NCBI GenBank assembly: GCA_043228905.1
Contig: JBHGNT010000006.1
Coordinates: 16,120,001-16,184,000, forward strand
DNA: 64,000 nt
DNA from: Azolla caroliniana
Taxonomy: Eukaryota > Plantae > Polypodiophyta
Direction: 5' to 3'
Below the pieces are notes generated by a model. That model was not told the DNA's origin and did not search any database. It saw nothing but the letters and a program-made list of their open reading frames with translations. The first letter of the stretch is position 1. The number at the start of each line of letters is the position of its first letter. Both the position numbers and the translations under genes were made by a program. Below are positions 51,828-62,688 of the stretch, piece by piece.

Positions 51828-54800
51828 ATGTCTTCAAAGAGAATCGAGCGCGAGGACTCCAGGTAGGCCTCTGACACTGTGGACATTTTTGTAAATATGT
51901 TTTGTCGCTCAAGAACTCGATACGCCGTATCGAGTTCCTGTATACAATACAAACTTTATACAAGAACTCGATACAGCGTATCGAGTTCATATTTTTATTT
52001 TTTCTTTTTAAACATGAACTCGATATGCCGTATCGAGTTCGTGTTTAAAACCTAAACATTAAACGGGAACTCGTTACGGCATATCGAGTTCCTGTGATTT
52101 CTTTGCTTTTTAAACAGGAACTCGATACGCCGTATCGAGTTCATGTTTAAAAAGAAAAAAAATTAATATGAACTCGATACGCCGAAATCACAGGAACTCG
52201 ATATGCCGTATCGAGTTCCCGTTTAAAGTCTAGGTTTTAAACAGGAACTCGATAAACCTAGACTTTAAACGGGAACTCGATACGGTATATCGAGTTCGTG
52301 TTTAAAACCTAGACTTTAAACTGGAACTCGATACGCCGTATCGAGTTCCTGTATAAAAGAAGGCAACAATTAATTATTTTGTGGAAAAGATATCAAATTG
52401 TCTGTCAAAATCAATCTTTTTTATGTTGACTTGCCTTACTTTTAAAAAAAACATGCCCTAATTAAAGGTGTTTTATGACCTACTATTTGCTTAAAAGAGT
52501 AGAAAATAACCCACAAATTACCTTTATGATAGCAAATTCTCCTCAATATAGGTCTGGAATCTATATAAGTCATACCTCCTCTTTAAAAGAATATATACCC
52601 CTGTTTACTTATTACGATATATACTTTCTAGTTTGAATAGCCCTGCCTAGAATGGATTTTTGAATATAGGACTACCATGTACTCTGAATGCATGATTGAT
52701 ATTTTCACTTCACCACTAATCGCCTGCTAGTGAGAACTGTTCTTCATCTTCTTATTTATATTTTAATATACAACCTTAATCTACGTGACCACCTAACTTA
52801 TGTTTTTGCATGTACTTTCTTAAATAGGTCGTTTGAGAACCTGTCGGACCGACCCGTGAAGAAAATAAAGCTTCGCATACAGGGTTCTCCAATCAAAGCC
52901 CAGACCAAGGTAGCTCCTGAGACCATGAAGAGAGGAAAAAAGCTTCTCTTCAACGAGGAGACAAAATCTCAGCCACACATTGACGTTAGCCAAAAGAAAC
53001 TTGTCGCCGCTACTGGAGGTGAAGACCTTCCTGACCGTGATCTAACGGACAAGGAATGGTGTATGCAATATGTCGACTCAAAGAAAAAAGTCGTATTGTA
53101 TACAACAAAGAAGAAGGGGGAGGGGCAGCTTGGAAAGGAAACACCATTTATGTATGGCTGTATTCTACGATTTGACTACGAAGATGCAGATTCGGCCAAC
53201 ATACTAGTAATGATAGAGTGCTCCAAGGGGGTACGTAAAGTGTTCCTTTCAGAAGATCTTTTAGTAAAGGAATCTTGTGGGCCAAAAGCGTTCAAAAAAG
53301 ATCTTGAAAGCTCACAAAACCTTATTGTTACCTTGAGGCCTTATATACAAGGCCATGTAACTCTAAGAGATGAAGTGCCCTCCCCATTGAAGGCCACCAA
53401 AAGGGTATCCAAAGTCCAGTCAAGACCACCAAAGAAGAAGACATCCAAAATGTCCGACACCGATTCAACAAGTGAAAACGAAGAGGACAATAAGGGGACG
53501 CTAGGAGCTGAGCTGGCATCGGGTGTTTTGTCATCTGAGCAGAATAAGATAAGGAGAGAGTTAATGCAGCGTAAACTGGTCAGGAAAGGGCAAGTGTTTA
53601 ATTTGCCTATAACACACATCCATCGGCCCCCTATTGATGAAAAAACAGGTCGACGACCACTTGAGATTAGAGAGCCACATCGCATGCACGTTCAAAATCT
53701 CAAGAAAAAAATGAAAATTAATCCTCATGCCACTGTGGTGCCTTTTATTGTTATGGTAGATCCTAAAGAATGTGAAACCATTGAAGATTTTGATATTAGA
53801 AAGCATGATCAATATAATTACTTTGTCATTGGTGGATCACATTCAGCGGAGGCACGCCGACAACTTGTGAGAGAACATCCAACAACTTTCTTCTTCAAGT
53901 ATGCCGAGTGCAAAATTTATGTTGGGCTCACAACCGAAGAGGCTAAGCTGTTGGCATGGGACCATAATAATGATAATGACTATAGGCAGAAAATGTCGTC
54001 CATTGAGCGTATACGGTTCTTCCACCACGAGTATTTGGACGTGAAACAAAAGTTTGGTGTGAAGTTACATCCAGGCCTACGACGTCAATGTCTGCATGAA
54101 GTCGGCATTGTTGTAGATGATAATGTTAAGTCCGATGGTCTTCGAAAATACGAGTCTTGGTTTCAATTGGCATTTAGAGATGGAGAAGTATGGGACCTAC
54201 AAGATCAAATCTTCTCAATGTGGGAGAATAAGGAGGTAAAGGGTCAACGACAAAAGAAATGTAAGGTTGACCCTCAACTAGACTTAAAGTCACAAGTCGC
54301 CAAGAAAATTGACTTGACAATTGAAGAAGCCGCAGACGACATGAAGCTGTATCTGTGGAGAGCGATGCAAGGTATTAAGGACGAGCAACTTCTTGTGTCT
54401 GTTTTGTCAAGGGTTGTGGCAAAAGATTTAAGCCTTGAAGAAATGGTCACTGAGTTCAATAAGTAAGTCTTTCAAATACTGAAAATTGTAGTCTATATGG
54501 TGTAATTCAAAGTTCTAATCTTGATTTCTAATTTTACATTCATAAGGTGTACATGAAGATCCAAGAAGTTATGATGAAACAACTTGGATGTATAACTTGG
54601 GAACAAGTGACCGAGGATTATCCTCTAACATCTTCATATAAGGCGTTATCAGAGTATTTTATTGCATTCAAGGATTTGGTTAGTATTGATGGTTTTTCAT
54701 TACCCTTTCATTATATGTAGAGCTTGTATAATAATACCTGATGTCCTATTGCTTCTATTAGAAACCGTGTCGAGGCAAGAAACAAGGAGAAGTTAAGGAT

Positions 54801-56060
54801 TTACACGATTTCCCTACATCCTTCCTTGCACATCTCGGGCGAGCTAGAAAAGAAAAGGATCGTCGCTTAGTCAAGGCGTATGAAATGGAGGAAGATGGCT
54901 CCTTTAAAAAATTTAGCCACAAAAAAGATATTGTAACGAGAGATCTTTACTACAATGTGGTTTGCGGTGATGTCCTCGACTTGATCCAAAAGGTGCCAAA
55001 GAAGGAATATACGCTAATGATTGCAGATATTCCTTACGGATTTCGAATGGCTGGGTCATCATACGACGATGAACCGTTTAGGTTTAAACAATTGGAGAAG
55101 ATGGTCAAGGATTTCGCTGAGCTAACGATTGCATCCTTGTGGCGAATAGTTGTCTTTCATAGTATGGACCAAGGATACTCGGTAGCTCAAGCTTTGAGAT
55201 CTCGTTGCCATGGCATCGAGAACCTTGCATGGTAAGGATTATTTATAGACCTGTGTCTTTCACTATATTGCATTTTTTAAGGTTGTTCAATCTATTCTTA
55301 ACTCGATGTATTATTTTTTATAGGATCAAGACCAATGTAAATAGAGGGCCAACTTTTCGGTTCGTTAATGCCATTGAATACATCACGGTTGGCTACTTCG
55401 ATGAAATTAAGAAACAGAGAATCAAGGAGCATTCTAATGAAGTGGGAGGTTCAAATCTATTGGTATATCCAGCAGTGACACGGAAATTGCGACATGTCAC
55501 CACGACAGAACAGGGACTTGTCAACCCATATCAAAAACCTCAACGACTTATGATGCGCTTGATTAAGATGTTTTCTATCGAAGGAGTCTGGATATTAGAT
55601 CTCTTTTTTGGCACAGGTATTCCTCGAACTAGGGTAACGATCTTGAGATAACCAATCCCGAATCTTTTTTGTTTGACAACTAAATCTTCTTGTTACTTAC
55701 ATCACAGGAAAGATGTCTGCATGTGCATTGAAGTTCTTTAGAAATACAGTTGCATTGGAGAAGGACGAGGACCAGGTTATATTTATTAATATGTGGATTA
55801 AGGCTTTGTGGGAGTGCCCAGACCAGGATGAGGAGGTCGGTGCAAAGAACCTCGCTAATACATAAAGGTTTCAACCTGCTTTGCGAGAGTCTATTCCTCC
55901 GTTAGCCGGCGAACTGTGGGAGCTAATAGAGCTTGATGATGAGCTTATAGAAGATATTTCGTTGGCTCGGCTAACAGGGGAAGCCAATGCACGTATAGCC
56001 GAAGAGAGTTCTACACAAGATGATGAAGAAAATGACGTTGATGAATTGATTGCTATGTAA
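51828..56060 (+). pseudogene. Spliced gene (6 exons, about 974 aa) for a ParB/Srx-like domain fused to a beta-class N6A/N4C DNA methyltransferase; this copy probably damaged
   Basis: Exons 51828-51862, 52828-54462, ~54540-54678, 54762-55231, 55324-55616 and 55708-56060 total 2925 nt, in frame. Four introns are clean GT-AG; the intron 2 acceptor reads AT at 54538-54539 and there is an in-frame TAA at 55863. Motifs: VVCGDVLDLI, MIADIPYG, W/IK, NPYQKPQRLMMRLIKMFS, ILDLFFGTG, ALEKD; ParB-like PFIVMV...YFVIGGSHSAEA...EEAKLLAWDHN. Confidence 0.8.
51913..52348. repeat. Array of 25-bp palindromes GAACTCGATACG-C-CGTATCGAGTTC with 26-27-bp AT-rich spacers
   Basis: Full copies at 51913, 51964, 52016, 52067, 52118, 52194, 52273 and 52324; half copies at 52170 and 52245; period about 51 bp. 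Confidence 0.93.
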
Positions 56061-59000
56061 TAGACTCTATGAAGAAAATGACATTGACGATTTGTTAGGA
56101 TTTCACATTATTAATACAAATTTTGGGTTTTACCTAGTGGATTCTATTCTTTATAATCTTCTATATGTTTCAATTTTATTTTTATATACTTGGTTAGTAG
56201 ATTTATGACATTGGTTTCATCGCGTGCATAGTTGACTACCAAATTTATGGAGAAACATGAATTAGTTTAAATTGAGGCTGATTTTGGTCCAAGCTAACCA
56301 TAACAGAACATGGCCCTACAATTGTTTCCATGACTATCCATGTTGTTATTATGGATCTTTGTTTTCTATTGTTAAAACTATTATGTTTCTATTCCATTGC
56401 TGCTTAGATTGTGTAGTGTGTTGATAATGGTTCCAGATGCGTTATCGTTCGGAGTTTGATCCTGTGTGAATCACCTAAGCAATAGAGTAAATCAATTTTA
56501 AATATAGGTATGAAAGCCTAATAGGTTTGTTATTTCCACGACATTATCCTAAAGTTCACTGCCTTACATTGTCCACAATTATATACATATGGTTTGATCC
56601 CATATGAACAAACTGAGGAATAGATTAGATCAACTTTAAATACAAGTATTGAATACTTTAATAAGTTAGTTATTCCAATCACTTATTCTAATGTGCACTA
56701 TCCTACATTTTCCACAATTACATACATGCACGTATGGGTCAAAGTATAAATTATAACTCATTTTATTAGTATGGATACAAGTACACCTGATATTTTTGTA
56801 AAACTTACCTAATTAATATAAGTCTTTAAGTTAGTGTTTCCCTTGTCGCACAGTAGTGACATATTGAGCCATTGTTGAACTTTATTATGCCTACATTAAC
56901 TTATCAACGTGTCTAAACTTGCATGATTTCTAATGATCTCCACTCGTAGACCTATCATGTATTTTTATATTTGCAAATTCTCATCAAGTTGAGGAACATG
57001 TGATACTAGTGCATCCAATTTTTGTAGAGAGGGTGTATCTGCTTCATTTTAAGAAGATTCTACAAGTGGAATGCGCAATCCTTCCACTTGTGAATGCGAA
57101 TGTGTTTCAAGTATGGCTGAGCACCTGAACGCTTTCCAAGGACTGATAAATCAGACCACCTCTTTAGAAGTACCTCTTGCCGACGAGATATTGTCATTGC
57201 TATTGTTGGGATCCCTTTCAGACAGTTGGGAGACGCTCGTGGTTACCCTTGGCAATGCGGAACCACAAGGGAAGAAACTATCCCTAGAGATGGTGAAGTC
57301 GAGCTTGCTGAATGAAGAAGCTTTCCAGAAAGATAGACAGTTTATCTCTTATCACAAGGCCCTAGTCAAGAAGGTGACTCCAATAGAGGAAGGGGTAGGC
57401 AAAGAAGTCCTCAAAATGGAGACAAGTCTAGAACGAGGTCAAAGTCGAAGGTAAGGTTCACATGCTTCTATTGTGGGAAGTCAGGACACTTCCAGACACT
57501 ACCGAAGGGCAAAGGGGGAGCTGATGGTGTTGAGATGAATAAGATTCCCGATAGAAAGAACGCCTCAGCAATCGTCGCAAGCAAGGAGGAGCTATTGTTC
57601 ATCAATGAACAAAGTGAGGCAAACCTTGCCGGCAAAGAATCAACATGGGTGGTCGATTCCGGTGTGTCGTTTCACTTGACTCCAAATAGAGAATGCTTCT
57701 CATCATATACTGTTGTGACTACGGCTACGTGAAGATGGGGAATGACAGTGCATGCCAGATTGTTAGCATCAGAGAGGTATGTTTGCTGACATAAACAGGT
57801 TGTAGAATGACACTGAAAGATGTGCGCCATGTTCTGGATATTGGATTGAATCGGATATCAGTCGGACAGCTCGATGACAAAGGTTACAATGGTAACTTCC
57901 AAAACGGCACATGGAAATTCTACAATGGGAACCTGATTGTGTCCCATTCTCGGAAGCAAAACACTTTATATGTGATACATGCACGGTTGAACTGGAATGA
58001 GGCGAATGTGGTAGGAGACACAACTGGTGAGTTGTGGCATAAGAGTCTATGCCACATGAGTCAAAAGGGCATGCAGATGCTAGCCAAAAGAGAACTTCTG
58101 CCGAAGGTTAAGAAAATGCATCTAGAGAAATGCCCTGACTGCTTGGCCAGAAAACAGAACAGGGATGCCTTTCGCCCTAGGCCTCCTGTGAGGAGGAGGA
58201 ACACTCTAGAACTCATGCATATGGATGTATGCCAAGTTGATGCAAAGTCACATGCCGATGCACAATATTTTGTGACCTTCATAGATGACTATAGACGAAA
58301 CTTGTGGGTTTTCACATTGAAGACAAAGGACCAAGTGTTGTCCGTCTTCATAGAATTCTAGGAAAGAGAAGAGAGATAATCCAGACAAAAGTTGAAGGCT
58401 ATATAAACGGATAATAGAGGGTAGTATAGACGGCCGTTCAAGGAATACCGCCAGTCATAACGAACCTGGTTGGAATACATAGTGCCGAAGACCCCCGAAT
58501 TAAATGGCATGGCGGAAAGAATGAACTGAACCTTAATGGATAGAGTCTGATGTATGTTGGCACATGCTAAGTTGCCAAAAGCCTATTGGGTGGAAGCGTT
58601 GAAGACGATAATCTATGTCATAAACAGGTCTCTCTCAGTTCCCTTAGATAGTGATATCCCACAGTGGGTGTGGACAGGCAAAGATATGCCATATTGGCAT
58701 CTGAAAGTGCTTGATTGCATATCATATCTACATATAACTAAGGACTTCAGGGGGAAACTTGATCGCAAGAGCTGACCGTGCATATTTCTCGGTTATGGTG
58801 AAGACGAATTTGGCTATCGGTTGTGGGACCTGATTTACAACAAGGTCATCAGGAGCCAGGACATAGTCTTTATGGAAGAAGAGACTATTGTTGAATGGGA
58901 AATGGAAATGAATGTGTCAAGCCCTTAGACGAGTAGAAGAGAGCAGCGCACCCAACCGGCCAAAAGCCGAATGCTAGCCAAAGAGCTAAGTGGGCCGGTC

Positions 59001-59417
59001 GGATTCAGATAAGAAGTCAGATTGGCTGAAAGAGAACTGGAAGCTGGATCCGAACATGAATTCTAATCTGACACGGATGAGGAGCTAGCAAAAGAGAATG
59101 AGATAGAGTCGATTAATGAGAACGAAGACAGGAGATATCCACTGAGCAACAGGAAGGCCCCCCGAAGATTTCCGGATTATGAATTTGTACTGTTAACCGA
59201 TGAAAGGGACCTGGAAAGCTTCAAGGAAGCAAGGAGAGATACCCATAGCCCAGAGTGGTTACATGCCATGCAAGATGAGGTGGACTCTTTGCATGAGAAC
59301 CACATGTACGAGTTGACCGAGTTGCCAAAAGGAAAATGGGCGATTCAGAATGTCAAGTGGGTATACAAGCTGAAACCGGGAGAAGGCGGAAATCCACCCA
59401 GTCCACATTGTGGTGAA

Positions 59418-60236
59418 CAAGGTTGTTAGGTACAGTACGGATACCATACGTATATAACGTATTAATACCCGTATAGTACCTCCCAATTTAAAAATACGTT
59501 AAATAAGTTTTCTTAATATGTTAAATACGTTAAATACGTATTTTACGTATAATACGTTAAATACTTCTAGAATTTGAAAATTATTTACCTTTCTAAAAAA
59601 TATCTATAATATTGTAAAAAACATCTATTTGAACACAATTTTGTGATGTACAATATAGTTCTACATCCTAAAATGCATATAAGACATTTGAACATTTCAC
59701 ATCCTAAAATACTTGTAGTAATATGGATGTCAACATTCCCTTATTCTATAAATCAGTGTAAGTGTGTATCACGATGTTCTACTTCAAATTGTAATTATTT
59801 ACAATTATGTCTTCATAGATTGAGGAATCGTCTACGATTATCACACTCATGATAGGTTTCTCTTTTCTACGCTTTCTTCTTCTTCTATCTTCTGCGATTA
59901 TCACACTCAGAGTCAGGACAAGTTTATGTCTTCTTTTCTCTCTTCTTCTTCTTCTTCATCTTCTTCTTCATCATCGTCTCTTCTATTCTTCTTCCTTCCT
60001 TCCATTGGCTTCTCTTTCACTAAAATATTTTTTTTCTTTTGCTTTTTGTTGGGGTTTTACTTACATTTTCTTTATAAATACGTATTATACCTGTTTTTTT
60101 ATAAATACATTAAATACCGTATTGGACAAATGTACATGATATTTGACTGAACAACATTGAGGTATAGTACGTACTATACAAATGATGAGGTATTATACGT
60201 ATTTAAACGTTAAATACGGGCACATAAACAACCATG
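59418..60236. mobile_element. Non-autonomous TIR element (819 bp) with a 5-bp TSD
   Basis: TIRs CAAGGTTGTT / AACAACCATG; TSD GTGAA at 59413-59417 and 60237-60241; subterminal AAATACGTT/TACGTA repeats; interrupts the copia IVVK-GFQQ motif. Confidence 0.85.
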
Positions 60237-60484
60237 GTGAAGGGTTTCCAACAAAAAAAGGGTGTAGATTTTGACGAAATATTTGCTCCGGTAGTGAAGA
60301 GGACAACCACCCAAACGATGTTGAGCATTGCAGCTAGCATGGACTTGGAAGTTGAACAACTGGATGACAAGACAACTTTCCTGCATGGAGGTTTAGAGGA
60401 AGAAATATACATGCACCAATCGGAAGGATTTGTGAAGAAAGGTAAAGAAGACCTCGTATGCTGATTGAAGAAGAGCTTGTACGT

Positions 60485-61148
60485 TGTCGTGATGTGGCAT
60501 GTCTAGTGCGAGAAAAAATCAAAAATTGAGGATCCACACACATTTCACGAATACTTGTAAAAATGAAAATAAATAAACCTAGGTCACAATGGCATTGAGT
60601 GCATGTAGAGGGTTGCAAGTAGGATTTGAACCTTGCACCTCTAAGATAAGAGGCAATTACCTTACCACTAAAGCTACTACTAAGTGCTTTAGATGTTCTA
60701 TATTTCTTTCTCATATTTAGTATTCCGTAGGAAACAAACGAACAAAACCGTGTACACAAAACCACGGTTTTAAGCCCATGGTTTCCTGCATGTCTCAAAG
60801 CAAAACTGTGTGCATAGAAACCATGGCTCCAAGCCCATGGTTTTGTGCATGGACAAACCTATAAAACCCCTAGTACGGCTTGTGTAAGGGGGGGGCTCAA
60901 TGTGATATGACCATCATCATCACCATCAATAATATAAGCTTCTATTTCTTCTTCTTCGCATCTATCTTGTAATTATTTATCTACTTCTGAAAGTGTACAA
61001 TCTTCAATCTTCTCAAGTGTAATAGGTCTTCCTCCAATCTTACATTCACATCGTCCTCTTCTCAATACCTTGACGGACATCCTCCTTGGTCCAAGACACC
61101 GGTGGTCCCGCTCAAGCGAAGCACGCTCGCACGCGCATCTTCGCGACA
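60485..61148. mobile_element. Probable solo LTR (664 bp) with a 4-bp TSD
   Basis: Termini TGTCGTGA...TCGCGACA; ACGT at 60481-60484 and 61149-61152; removing it restores the copia frame KKSLY..QAPRQWY. Confidence 0.8.
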
Positions 61149-61844
61149 ACGTATTTATGCAAGCTCCTCGGCAATGGTACCAGAAATTCAAATCCTTCAT
61201 GGTGGACCATGGGTTCCACAAGACGCAAATTGACCACTGTGTCTTTGTGAGAGAGATTAGACAAAGGAGACTTCCTTATTCTCGTATTGTACATTGACGA
61301 CATGCTGATCATCAAACAAGACCGGAAGAAAATCGGAAGCTTGAAGAAGGCCATGAGCAAGTCGTTTGAAATGAAGGATATTGTCCAACAAAGCAATTCT
61401 GGGAATGCACATTGTCTGGGATAGGACAAAGAAGTTGTTGTGGTTGTCACAAAAAAAAATGTGGCAAAGGTGCTCTAGAGGTTCAACATGTAGAATGCAA
61501 ACCCGATCAGTTTGACATTACCGACAAACAACAAATTGTCTGTAAGTCAAAGTCCAAAGTCAAAAGTGAAGAAGGCCGAGATGAACAAGATCACATATGC
61601 CTCAACAGTCGGAAGCATGATGTGTGCAATGGTGTGCACCAGGTCAGACATCTCTTATGTTGTTGGAGTGGTCAGTCGGTTCATTACCAACCTTGGCAAG
61701 GAACATTGGGTTGCGGTGATGTGGATTCTCTGATACTTGAGAGGCACCTCAAGTGTATGCTTACGATACAACTCAGGTAACCCCTTGTTGAAAGGGTTCA
61801 CGGACTCCAACATGTCGGCTGATGTTGATACCAGTTGGTCTATG

Positions 61845-62688
61845 TCAGGATACGTGATGACTTATGTAGGGGGAGCCGTCTCGTGGCAATCAAGGTTGTA
61901 GAAGGATGTGGTTCTATCAACCACATAAGTAGAGTATATGGTTGCCATAAAGGAAATCATATGGATGAGAGATTTCAATAGTGAGTTGGGAATGACGCAA
62001 GATCAATTCCAACCTCACTGTGACAACCAAAGTGTCATCCACCTTGCAAAGAATGCCGCGTACTAGTCGATAACTAAGAATATCCAACGGAGATATCAAC
62101 GGCTTAGAGAGAGGGTAGAAGAACGGGATTTCGACCTAGTGAAGATCCACACAGATGGCAATGGATTGGACATGTTGACCAAGGTGCTGCCGATGGACAA
62201 GCTAAAAGCATGCCAGAAATAAGCAGGTCTGATGGATCATCCCATACCGGAGTGAAGGGGGAGTAGTCTGGATATGTGATGACTTATGTAGGGGGAGTCG
62301 TCTCGTGGCAATCAAGGTTGCAGAAGGTTGTGGCTCTATCGACCACAGAAGTAGAGTATATGGTTGTCGTTGAAGCCGGCAAGGAAATCATATGGATGAG
62401 AGATTTCAACAGTGAGTTGGGAATGAAGCACGATCAATTCCAACTTCACTACGACAACCAAAGTACCATCTACCTTGCAAAGAATGCCGCCTACTAGTCG
62501 AGAACTAAGCATATCCAATGGAGATATCACTAGCTTCGAGAGAGGGTAGAAGAAAGGGATTTTGACCTAGTGACGATCCACATGGATGACAATGGATTGG
62601 ACATGCTGACCAATGTGCTACTAATGGACTAGCATGTGGGCAATGAGCAGGTATGATGGAACATCCATACCAGAGTGAAGGGGGAGTT
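61845..62688 (+). repeat. Diverged tandem duplication (about 420 bp) of the RNase H-PPT end of copia E
   Basis: GGATA(C/T)GTGATGACTTATGTAGGGGGAG...GAGTGAAGGGGGAGT occurs twice (about 61845-62264 and 62266-62688). Confidence 0.85.

Larger units (their letters stand above)
51303..57106 (+). mobile_element. Unclassified non-autonomous insertion carrying a ParB-like/DNA methyltransferase gene
   Basis: Removing it restores the copia gag RLRHQDGS-SMAEHLNAF. TCAA at 51299-51302 and 57107-57110. 10-bp-stem hairpin 57062-57091. No TIR, LTR or transposase seen. Confidence 0.85.

Noticed and set aside
51913-52348. CRISPR array
   Set aside because: The repeat/spacer periodicity is similar, but spacers are low-complexity and reused in both orientations, no cas genes are present, and the array lies in a predicted spliceosomal intron.
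52730-52827. N-terminus of the 578-aa ORF as listed (MRTVLHLLIY...)
   Set aside because: It starts at GTG and reads through T-rich intron sequence ending in TTTCTTAAATAG; the upstream ATG exon 51828-51862 splices in frame.
51303-57106. Bacterial or phage contamination, or a canonical Helitron
   Set aside because: The gene has in-phase GT-AG introns and is inserted cleanly in a plant copia gag; the A|TC...CTRR|T ends and RepHel ORF of canonical Helitrons are absent.
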